64,000 nucleotides of DNA from Marsupella aquatica. Taxonomy: Eukaryota > Plantae > Marchantiophyta. A program made the translations under genes and the position numbers. The stretch is from positions 24,975,520 through 25,039,519 of the forward strand of contig OZ316893.1 in the NCBI GenBank assembly GCA_973895155.1, written 5' to 3'. Shown piece after piece: positions 25,424-36,800 of this stretch. Numbering within the stretch: the stretch's first letter is position 1; each line of letters opens with the position of its first letter. Under the pieces are notes generated by a model. That model did no database searches, was not told the DNA's origin, and saw only the letters and a program-made list of their open reading frames with translations.

Positions 25424-26888
25424 GCTTCAAGATGATCCATGTGATAGAAATCCTATGAAATCAGACAAATGTCTTACTCTCGCGAAAAGCTAGAAGGGGC
25501 GCAACTATGGAGTTTCGGCGAGGAAGCCTCAATTCTTGCTCGCAGATTTTTCCATTGTCGCGGCAGCCGCGACGAGCTCCTGCATCGGGGAGGGAGTTCG
25601 AACCTGGGTTGCTCTGGTTCGAACACAAGTTAACAGTTTTCAGGCGTCGATTTACAAGGCATGGGTGCAATGCCTATTGCGCGCCCTGGCCATATCACGA
25701 TGCAGGCCTCCAAAGGGCCGCGAAAAATTTCCCTTTGGCAGGGTTGGCCCGCAAAACCGGTGCGGATGCTCTTAGGGGTGATGATAACAACTGGATGCCC
25801 AATTGCAGCCCTTGTGTTGGCCATATTAGCAACCAGGACAACAGCAGAAAGGTTTTAGTAATAGGCTTCAGGGTAGCATCAAGATGCCTAGACATGGGCA
25901 GCATTGGGAGCCTAAAGGGGCCATGATGCAATAGCTATTTAAGAAGGTGTGGTCTAATTAGTTGGGTTTGATTGGTTTGCCGGGTTGTTCCAGTGGTGTT
26001 GGGTGCCATTGTTTCCTTTGCTGGGGTGGTTTTTGTCCCCCGCATATTATTGATGGGGGCTTTCCAATCTTTCCAAGAATTAAAAAAAAAAACCTAAAAA
26101 AATTAGGAGCCTTTTTTCTTCTAAGTTTCACTTCCTAAAATTTTGGAAATATGTGTCATGAACTTGAAGTTTTAGTGACTAATTACTTTTTGCGCTGACG
26201 TGATCGTCCCTGCCGATAATGGACTCTTCTACTCACCGCCCTTCTAACGCATAGTCACAGTGAGGAACCTGACAGAGTAATTGGTGTAAAGCTCCAAAAT
26301 GATCATTATTCGGATGATTCACGTCTATCCCCCTTTTCCCGGCGTATCTGTCAGCGGACATTCCACCCCTTTTGCTTTTTGCTTTTTCGTTCTTTTTCCT
26401 TTCTTTTTCCTTTCTTTTTCCTCTCTTTGTTCTTTCTTTGTTCGTTCTTTCCGTCCGTCTTGGGTCCCCTCCCAAACGCAGTAGACCCTGCTAGTCTGTT
26501 GTGCACAGTCGCAATCCGGTTTACCTCTCAACGGCAATTGGTCCCCCACCATGGTACGTACACAGTTGGCCACGTTGCGGTGGGCAACTGTGTTCCGTGG
26601 TACGGTGTACCCAGTAGTACTGTAGTTGTTGGTAGGGCTGCCCGGCGGTGCCAGGCTAGCCCGGCCCCGGCCTCGGCCTCGGCCTCCTGTTTGCCCTAAC
26701 TCTTGAGGAGGACCGAACGAGAGTTGCGTCCTTTTTCATCGCTCTCGTGCTCGAGCTCTCTCCTTCGCGAGCAGCGCGCCTCCTATTCTCTCCTCTGCTC
26801 TCCTCTCTGTAGTTAAGCTTCGCTTGTTGCGCCTGTGCTCTTCGGCACCTTCGACTTCCGTCGTCGAATCCTCAAATTTTCAGCCAAC

Positions 26889-28866
26889 ATGTTGGTGTAT
26901 ACTGATTTAATCTCAGGTAAGGGCACTCCCGCCTCCGGAACTTTTGTTTTCTCGTTTGCTCGTTTTCAGTTTTGGGTTGGTGTTGTGTTTCGGCTATTAT
27001 GATTGTCAGGGTTTCGATGGTGGTCTTGGCGATTGGTTGATGGTCGTGTTCCTCAAGCTGGTAGTGCGGAAGTAGGCCGTGGTTTTTAGTCAATCGAACT
27101 GGGCAGCTGGTCGGAGGACGGGATTTAATGAGAAAGGTGAAGCGGAAGGGGGCTACTGTTTGTGTTTTAGGTTTTGTGTTTGCTCCCGGGTTCCGTCGGC
27201 GTAGTTTTGAGCCATGGACGGTTTGACCTTCGATTTTGATTATTGAAGGATCGGTGCCCAAAGCTACCCGGTTGTAGTCCTGCTAATGTGCGAGATTGGT
27301 GAATAGTTGAACGTTAATGTGGAAATGGATCAGCTTGGACTTAAAAAGGTTGGGATTGTTGAATTGATTGATCGGCGACAAGAGCAGTGTGTACGACGTG
27401 GCGTGATAAGAATGGTTTTTTCTGGTGCTTTATGAATTGCTGCAGGGGACGAGCTTCTCTCCGACTCGTTCAACTACACCGAGATTGAGAACGGGATCCT
27501 GTGGGAGGTTGAGGGCAAATGGGTAGTTCAAGGTGCCGTTGACGTTGACATCGGAGCCAACCCTTCTGCCGAAGGAGGGGGAGATGATGAAGGTGTAGAT
27601 GATTCAGCTGTCAAGGTTGTCGATATCGTCGACACCTTCAGATTGCAGGTATGGTTGCGCACCAACCCGCCCTCTGTCATGGCGCCTTAGTTTTTGGAGC
27701 TGTTGAAGCATGACCACAAGGGCTGCTATGTGAAGCTGTTAGGGTTGGTTAAATTTTTTTAATGTTAGAAGTGCGTCTGACTTGTAACCTTTCTCTGTTT
27801 GACGTGTTCCAGGAGCAACCTTCATTCGAGAAAAAGGCATTATTAGGGTACCTGAAGAAGTACATCCAGAATCTTGTCCCAAAGCTTCCCGAGGACAGGC
27901 AAGCTCACTTTAAGAAGCATGTTGGGGATGCTGTGAAGTACGTTGTCGCCAAATTGAAGGATCTGCAGTAGTAAGTTCCTTTCTCTTGCTTGCTCGTTTT
28001 ATCTCTTCTACCCTCTTTTCGGGCTTCTCCGCCTCTGTGCTCTCCCTGGCCAAGCGTATAGGGCTCTGTGCACTTTGGAATACCTAACCGTCTTTCTCCT
28101 TGTCATTGTGCTGAGCAATCTTGCGAAAGCCTGAATGGGGATAGATGTGACTTCGTTCCAACCTTGCGCTTCTCGACCTTATCCCATTTGGAAAGGAAAT
28201 GGTCATATCGTCAACGTACAAGGGCGTGTCGCCCGTCTACTTTTTGTCCGGTGTTTTTGTCCCTCTTTGTCGGATGAGAATTTCCTTCCCACCTTACAGT
28301 CAGGTTCTATCACAGATTGATCAAGAATTTCTCAGCATCAATTAAGTTTATTAGGATTTCTTATGTTCTCTTAAGACTTATAAGCTTCCCTCCAAGATCT
28401 TTCCCGTTTGCGTTTGGATTTTCAGATTCCGACATGTTTTCCTCTTTTATTAATAGTTTCGTCCATCGAGCAGTCCTACTTTCCTTCCCTTCTTATCATC
28501 CAGTCAGAAGAGTTTGAACCCATCCATAAAAGGGCACGACCCTTTTTTTTTCTCTCTCTCGCTTGTTTGGGTCCTACGTATGACCCTTCATCGTAAAAGT
28601 TACTTTAGGCAGGTTTTGTCACTGTTCCGTGTCAGGAAATTCGAGTCGTCTCCTCGTAGGGGAAGGCGACACAATCCATTTACCTTTCCGGCACCTCTGG
28701 TTGTTTGATTAACGTGGTCTCATCTGACTGGAAATTGATGTCTTGCAGCTTCGTCGGTGAGAGCATGCATGACGAAGGCTCATTGGTGTTCGCGTACTAC
28801 AAGGAGGGAAGATCTGATCCGACCTTCCTGTACTTTGGCGATGGCTTGAAGGAAGTCAAGTGCTGA
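26889..28866 (+). CDS. TCTP: Translationally controlled tumor protein; 4 exons
   Basis: Exons 26889-26916, 27446-27648, 27813-27970, 28749-28866 give [18 protein letters not shown]...[12 protein letters not shown]...[15 protein letters not shown]...[37 protein letters not shown]. Confidence 0.97.
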
Positions 28867-29834
28867 TCTAGACAGCATTAATTTCTTGAGATTATTAGTC
28901 ATGGTTTGGTTCTGCGAGTTACTGAGCATTATCATTCTTTCTATCAAGTTGTCGGCATGTAATGTAGGGTTTCAGGGAGCATGAGGAATATGTACCCGGA
29001 AAAGGCTTGATATGTGGATGGAAACTAACTTAGCGTCCCGCGAATATGTGTGTATAAGCTGATTCAATTGAGCCAGTGTTGCTGTTCATCTCATGATGAT
29101 CAATTTGATCTCTTTAGCGTATCTCTAAGAAGACATAGTAGGCTTCGGGAGCATTTAGGCTTCATATTTTGCACAGCTGTTTGATCACTCGTCCTCGCAT
29201 GCTACCATGTGGGTCGCTAGCGGTAATGGCATGGTGCGCCGCCCTAGTGTATTTTCGTGCTACCAGCGGAAATGATTGTGGTATTTATTATTTGCGATTA
29301 AACGACAGCGGATTCTTGCCTCATGCAAACCTGCCATGTTTAGGCTTTCATACTTTTATGAAATGCCAGCTTCGGTTCCAATTCGGCAACCAGTTCTTTC
29401 TGATTACTACGGTGAACAATTCGTGGAGAAGTGAGCCAAGTTCGTGGTTATGGTCAGCGTTTTCTAAAGTAATTCATTTGTGAGGTATAGGAAAGCATTA
29501 TTGGGTTGCCAAGGAGGTCGGGATCCTGTGTTTAATTAAAAAGCGGGGACGTGCATGAGATTTCCACGTGATAGCATACTGCTCGTGGGAGCTAGCGTCA
29601 GTGGGTTAGGAATTTATTTTCCAGTTTTGCTTTGAACGGTTTTGGGGCACCTTACCAGTCTTTATGCTCAATTCGACTTTTAGGTCATAACAGGAAAACC
29701 GCCCCATGTGGTGAATAGTAATCCTTCATGGCGATGCCAATTAGCGTGACGGGGAGTAGTTTTACTGTCACTGCCTGGTAAATTGAATGGAAACGCACAT
29801 AGCACAATGGTTGGATGGTCTATCCTAATGCTTC

Positions 29835-30255
29835 CCAGCATGGAGTGCTGTGGATTAGTTGTAACAGTCCCCAGAAGTCAGTCCAGGTACAGAGATCCCA
29901 GTTTGTCACCAATTCCATTTTCTTTGACAGTCGGTCAACTATGCTGGCACTTCCTTTTGTCTATCGTAAGGCCTTGCCAGCATATGGAGTGCAGAGGGTT
30001 AGTTGTAAGACGGTTCCCAGTAGTCCTCAGTTCAGTTACACAGTTTCAGTTTTGTCACCAAATTCCATTTCCTTCGTGACAGTCGGTTAACTATGCAGGC
30101 ACTTTCTTATGTCTATACTGAGGCTTTCCAGCATGGATGAGTGCAGAGGGTCAGTTGTAACACGGTTCCCACTAGGCATCAGGCCAGTTTCATAGTTTCA
30201 TGTTTGTCACTAATCTCATTTCCTTGGACAACGTCATTCAACTATGTTGCCACTT
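29835..30255. repeat. ~145-bp tandem repeat, 3 diverged copies
   Basis: Each unit reads CCAGCAT..GAGTGC....G..AGTTGTAA...CCCA...TTTGTCAC.AA...CATTT.CTT.GACA....AACTATG..G.CACTT. Confidence 0.85.
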
Positions 30256-30627
30256 GCTTAAACTGTAGCTTTTGGTAACCCAGTGTGACTCCTGAAGACA
30301 GGTGAATGTGACACTCGGTGTCCCTGTGTTCACCCGTACCCATGGAGCTTTTGTTTACTGCCTGTGTTTACCAACTCATACAGAGATCCAGAAAATGTCT
30401 GGCTATCGTCCTTCTGCTAAATGACCAATATGCACTTCATCCATTGTCAATTTGTAGAGTTCAGACGTGCGAGTGCAATATGAACCTGGACATTCATCTG
30501 AGGGGACTGTAGCTACAATAGAAATGCTGTCTTGGTAATGGTAAACCCCTGTCTTTGCATGCAATGGTGCAGTGAAGGTACCTTGAGACCTACCATGACT
30601 ACAGTCTTCCCCCAAACACAAGGACCA

Positions 30628-30885
30628 GGCACTATATTCAAATAGTGAACCAAGTCTAAAGTCTGATGTTTTCATTTTTTGGACTTTTGCTGGTGTGTTG
30701 GAAATGTGCTTGAATTTTAGCATTGTGAGATGGATGTAGGGTGTAAGCAAGGGGCACTATATTCAAATATAGTGCCCAGTGTTATGTCTTAGTCTAATGT
30801 CTAATGTTTTCATTTTTTGGACTTTTGCTGGTGTGTTGGAAATGTGCTTGAATTTTAGCATTGTGAGATGGATGTAGGATGTAAG
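30628..30885. repeat. Tandem duplication (~130 bp) with a hairpin at each unit start
   Basis: ATGTTTTCATTTTTTGGACTTTTGCTGGTGTGTTGGAAATGTGCTTGAATTTTAGCATTGTGAGATGGATGTAGG occurs twice (one T indel), each copy preceded by GGCACTATATTCAAAT..AGTG. Confidence 0.9.
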
Positions 30886-33800
30886 TAGGAATGATATACA
30901 TAGAAGTATTGTGTATTAGACAGGAGTGTGTTCAAGTTTAGGTTTTTTGACTTCCCAAGAGTATTTTTGCTGGGTATCTTGTGCAATGTTTTTGCTCGGT
31001 ATCTCACACATATCAGATTGCTTGGTATCTTGTGCAATATTTTTGCTCGGTAAAAATAGATACTCTTGGTTTCTTTGACGAGTTGACGAGATCTAATTAT
31101 ACACAGATACTGTGGGTTTCTTTGACGAGACACTGTGGTGTAAGTCAGGGACCTAATTATATACACATAGATACTCTGGGTTTCTTTGACCAGACACTGT
31201 GGTGTAAGTCATCTGGTGTAAGTCAGAGGTTGATGTGAAAATCTGTAAAAAGTTCACACAATATATTGATATTTCTGTATTGTTATCTTGGAAACATCAA
31301 ACACTGAACAATATATTGATATTTCTGGATGTGCTTAACATCTTGGAAACAGCAAACACTTATCTGAGAATGAAGGATTTTAAAATTAGTAGGACAATGG
31401 ATTTTGTAAGTTGAAAGAGTGAATGTGTAGTTGCAACTGGGTTACTTGTCTCCTATAGTCACTTGTGCACATTTTTGAACCCAAAATCAATTTCATGTTA
31501 ATATGGCATTGTGTTTGAATGAGAATGTGTTTTCTGCCTAAAGTCCTTGTTTTGACCATATTTAAACAAAGTGCCTGTGCGCTCTGTTTGGGAAGATAGT
31601 AATCAATGATATACAATTGGATTGCATTTGGAGACTTGTGGACTTGGGACCTTACTGATTGTATATTTTGGGACACCACATATAATCATATATTTTGGGA
31701 CACCACATATAATCATAGCTTAAACACTTAAAATGCCAGAGGAGTATTTTCTATTTTTAATATTAATTAAATTCACTTTATATTAAATATATACTAAAAC
31801 ACATTCTATAAATTTAAATTTAGAATACCTTCTTCTACCTCAGCTTTTTCAGAAATGTAGCTAATTTCCATGGATAGATTTATTTAGGATACACTTTTCA
31901 AATTTTGTCTTATTCATATTTTGTGTCCAATATTTTGATTTTAATGTGTCTCAACAAGGTGAATTTTTTGTATTAATTGAATTTGAAATAACTTTTGGAC
32001 CCCTTTTAATTTTAATTAACTTAGCCTATTTTGAATGTATAGGCTCATTTCATAACTGTTTAATTTTTCATTTTGAGTCACTCTTTAATAAATTCTTGTT
32101 TTTGTCATGAAAGTAAGAGAAATGAATTTGAATAATGTGCACATATGGTGACTAAATTTCGCGTGTGGTTCTTTTACAAAATTTATGGTCTTAATTAAGT
32201 TGACACTTGTTACCTAGAAGCAAGTGAAAATATGTGGTGCATGTGCACAATTTTTTAGTAACTTTGTACTTTCTTGGTCATAATGTGTTTTTCTTTGCAT
32301 GTGTACTGTGGTTTTGTGTGTTATGTAATTCACTTTTAATTAACAGATATTAATTTCTTGGCATATATTTTCCAAGTACCTGTTTTTTTATGATAAAATA
32401 AATTAATTAGATATCACTACAAGACAAAAAAGAGGCATGTTCCACAATGAACATGCTATATATATATGCTATATCACACTTTAAACAGATTTGATAGTCA
32501 AACACCAATTGTGAAGTTAATGCCTTGTTAATGACAGTCAAATACCAATTGTCAAGGTAAACCTTCCATTGTGTTGTGTTGCTTTCCAATTTTTTAAGGG
32601 TGCATTGTAAGACAACATTGGAGGCAACTTTGCATAATTATGAAATTAGGTGGGAGTTGAGTGATGGTGAAGTTAACATGCAACACCAAACCCAGTCAAG
32701 ATTTTGTCACTCTAATATCTTTTGTATTATATATATGTTTTTAATTAATTTTTGGCCCCCTTCAAATTTTGGTATCTTAGAAAATTTTGAACTCAATTTG
32801 GTAGCGCTCTCAATCTTTAATCTTTGTTATCTCTTAGATTAAGAAATGAATCTAATTTCTACCACTTGAACAAAGTTTGTGAGTATTCTCATGAGAGAGA
32901 AATGATAATAAATAGCATGAACACATGGTGTCTTAAGTTGCTCTCATGGTTTTCTTTCCTAAGTTTATGGTTTTTATTGAATTGAGTTCCCGATTGAGTT
33001 TCATTAATAAGGGACATTGAATTAATAAGTGCACACATTGGAGCACCTTTGTGTCATAGCACTTGAACATACTTTTCATTGGTCACTCACTACCTTTGTG
33101 TCATAGAAGTTGAATGTACTCATTGGTCAATCACTATGCGCTTTTCTTTGATGTGTTTTATTTATATTATTTTATCCCACTCACAGTTAATCTGTATTCT
33201 AGTTCTACTCTCATTTTTTGGCCACTTACATATCACTACAAGACAAAATATCAAACATGTTCTAGGATGAGCATGCTATATATATGGGATACAGATGGGG
33301 ACAGAGATTGCAAGATGCCAGGCAAGTAATGTTATGTCCTTGTATGTAGCATGCAAACATCTCTAGATAATTGACCATAGATTGTCAACAACTTCATTGT
33401 TGGTGGAGCAAACTGGGCCTTGATGGTCAATAGTTATATTCCCCAAGGGACCCACAAAGTCTTTTTTGGCAAAACCCTTAATTTATATCATCTTTACCAT
33501 TTTTGAGGCCAAGTGCATTGTCCAAGCATGTATTTCAAGTTATGTAGTAGCACCATGCAAAACACTTTGTACTTTCCAATGGGGAGACTACCTACTTATT
33601 GAGAGAAGGTTGTCAAGCAGAGCCCATATAGCTGGCTCATGCTGGAACTTAGTTACTTAGTTTGACTTGTAGCGAGAAGTAAAACTTGGTAGTCTATCTC
33701 TATGAGTCAAATCATGGGCAACTGGAAGAGTTGATCAAGCCAAGCTGTTGCCCTTGCTGCCAAATTCTAGCAGCACCGCCAGTTAGGTGAGCCGCTGCCA

Positions 33801-36800
33801 AATGCTGCAACAAGCATCCAGCACACACTAGGAGCATGGCCTGATAGGGCCAGTAGCTGCTCTTGCTGCTACTCTCGCGACCCTCTATGTGCTTGATGCT
33901 TGTTGCTGCCTGCTCAATGCTTGATACTTGCTGCCCATATTGGATGCCGCTGGAGACCTCGCAGATGTGCTCTACTGGGCAATCTTGATTGAGTCACTTT
34001 TGGACGGTTCGGTGGGAGGGGCTGAGTTGTTCCTGTGGGCTTGATGCTGTGGGGCTCAATGGGAGTGGGCTGGAGTGCTGGGGGCTGAATCTTGTTGTGT
34101 GGGCTCGATGATGGTCTATACTCACTTGATGCTGGCTCAAGCTGCTGGATACCTCTTGGCTGTGCTCTAGTGGCCAATCTTGATCGATCAATGGCAGCTG
34201 TAGTGGATGTTTTAATGCTTGTAGCCTTCAGCTGGCTATGCTACTCAGTTCTGTGGCTGGGGATTGTTTTAGTCTGCTCACTTTGGATTTTTGGCCATTT
34301 TGTTCAAGATTTGGTTGTGCTTGTCACCTTGGCTTTCCTGTATGTGCTGAGATCTCTATCAAAGGTGGTGCCATCAGTTAGTGCCAACCTTTCCTATAGT
34401 TGGTGACATTCTGAATTTCTTTAAGGGCCCTTTGCTTCTGACACAGGCAGAATACAAGTAAGAGGTGTGCAAATTCAATGTTGCCTTTGGTATCCTTGAA
34501 GATCTTCAAAGTGATGACTCAATTCTCAGTGTTTTGTATACTGTGCTTGGGAGGCTTTCTAGAGTTCTCTAGACAGTTCAGGGTTCAATTCCCAGACATA
34601 TTTCTGAGTGAGTTTGAGTAAGTGTGAAGCGGGGTGTGAAGAGCGAAGAGTGCTAGGGTTCAGTGCTCAATCGCACACTTCTTGCTGTCTCAGAAAAAAT
34701 TCCCCCCGTTGCTCACCATACCCTTTGCTATTTTGTCTTGGAAAAATTCCCGCCATTGCTTGGTACCTGGTTGCTTCTCACATTGGAAAATTGATGTCAT
34801 TTTCTGGGTGCAGGGCCCTGCACCCTTGTATGCTTTGTGCTGAAAACAATTCCGCCATTGATTGGATTTGGTCTAAATGTGAACCTTGAGGAAGTCATCA
34901 CTCTGCCTATTTCCTTGTAGTTCCAATAAGATTCATTAAGGAGGTAGGTGTTACCTTGACACTTTTGTATAAGGAGTCATGTATGGCATTGGACTAATAT
35001 TAATATTAGAGCTCCCAAAATTATTCTGATCTAGCCTTAATCCTCTCTTTCTGTGGGCAACATACAAATCAATGTTTTCCAAAAAATCTTTGCATTGTAT
35101 CTTTTGTCTTGGTGGCAATGAAAAAATTGATGTACTTAAAAAAATCCTATCTTCTCATTGCAAGAAACAGTCACTATGTGCACTTAGAAGACAATGACAG
35201 TGTAGAATTTGTGTCTGTCCAGTGATTTTGTTGCAATGATATTTGTTCCATGAAAGTAACTTGAACATATATACCATTACTTTTCAAGTGGAGAGTATGC
35301 TTTTGAGGCACCAAGCAACACAATATCTGTTTGGGACCACTTGTGAAAAGCTACAAATTGACCATTTGTATCTGGATGATCTTTTGTGAAGGGTGAATTT
35401 AAGTTTTACAAGTGGAAATTGCTGGTTAGAGTTGTACAAAACAATGAAGCTGGCAGTGAAGATGTTTGAACAGGTCTTAATAATAATGATAATCAAGGTT
35501 TCTATTCCATCCTCCCGAGTCATGAGATCTGTGGGCATCTTTTGTGGGTATGAGATATTGGATTGCTTCAAGCCCAATCATATCCGCCTTTGCTGGTTTG
35601 TGGGACTAAAAGTTTGCTATTAAAAATGGAACATCAACCCAAAAAGGCTACATTATAATATACAAAGTCATGGAATGTTCAGATAGCTTTTAAAATGGCA
35701 GATCATAACTAATTTTTATGAGGTAGGTTGTTGATATAACATCAGCGCAAGGATTTTTGAAACTAATATTCGTACAACAAATCAGCAAGACAAAACAAGT
35801 AAAAACTAGGTTGTCACATACAAAACTTTTCATATTCTGTGGAAGCACTTCTAACCCAATCATGTGAAGACCCCGGTGAAGACATTTGACACTTCCCCCC
35901 TTTTTGTAACCTTGACTTGTAAGTAATTTCTACTAAGGCTTAATCAAAACGGAGTTTAAAAAACTTATTCTTTGTTGCAAATGTTAGGTTTCTTCTCTGG
36001 AAGTGAGACCGAGAACAGAGAAAAGGAGGTGGTTACTTGCATTCAACAACAAGAGGAATGACAGTGTGGCAAATCTGATCAAGCTTGGATATATAGCTGG
36101 CCCGATCTAAGACACAACTATTTTAACTTATTCACAGTCAATAAAGTATAATTTATGCAACACAAGCTATCATATCTTATTCAAGATTATTGAAATAATA
36201 ATTATAAAAAGTACATATCAGTAAAGTAAAGAGATGTAAGGTACTCTGTGGGTGAAACAAGTACATTAAGTTAAATGTACAAGTCACTGTACTTGTAGGT
36301 ATTTGTGGTGAAAGCCAAGTAAACTAATTTTGTAGCTTTCTAAAAATTTGGGGGCTCTCTGTTTAGGTAGGGGCTTGGTTAATTGACATCTATTAACCTA
36401 TAAACCTTAAGCATTGTAATTTTTTTAAATAATAGACATATAATTTACAGGGCATTGTTGGATAGTGTCCTACAGTAGTTGCCTGATTGAGTTTGGAGAG
36501 TTTACCTTATCAATGAATTCTCATGAAAAGGAGGAGTGCCTATAGCATAAATAAATAGTTAAACTAGAGGAATATAATAAGGTGTCATAATAAAAAGATT
36601 AATAGAAATTTACGCAACATACTTAAAACTAAACACTTGAAAAAATTAAACTACATTCAGAAAAATACAAACAAAAAGCATACAATAGACCAAATTGACA
36701 TAAAAATATGTAACAAACAATCTAATAAGACAAGATAACCAAAGTTTGTCCCCTCATATATACTAGCATCAAAAAAGGAATGACAGTGTGGCAAATCTGA

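Larger units (their letters stand above)
21662..25771. mobile_element. Full-length PIF/Harbinger-superfamily DNA transposon (4110 bp)
   Basis: Left TIR GAGTATCCCCACCGGT (21662-21677); right TIR reverse complement GAGCATCCGCACCGGT (25756-25771); 14/16 identical. TTA target-site duplication at 21659-21661 and 25772-25774. Encodes convergent Myb/SANT and DDE transposase ORFs. Confidence 0.93.

Noticed and set aside
25590-25610. GTTCGAACC B-box-like motif (also GGTTCAATTCC near 34582)
   Set aside because: No A-box or cloverleaf surrounds either motif; not a tRNA.
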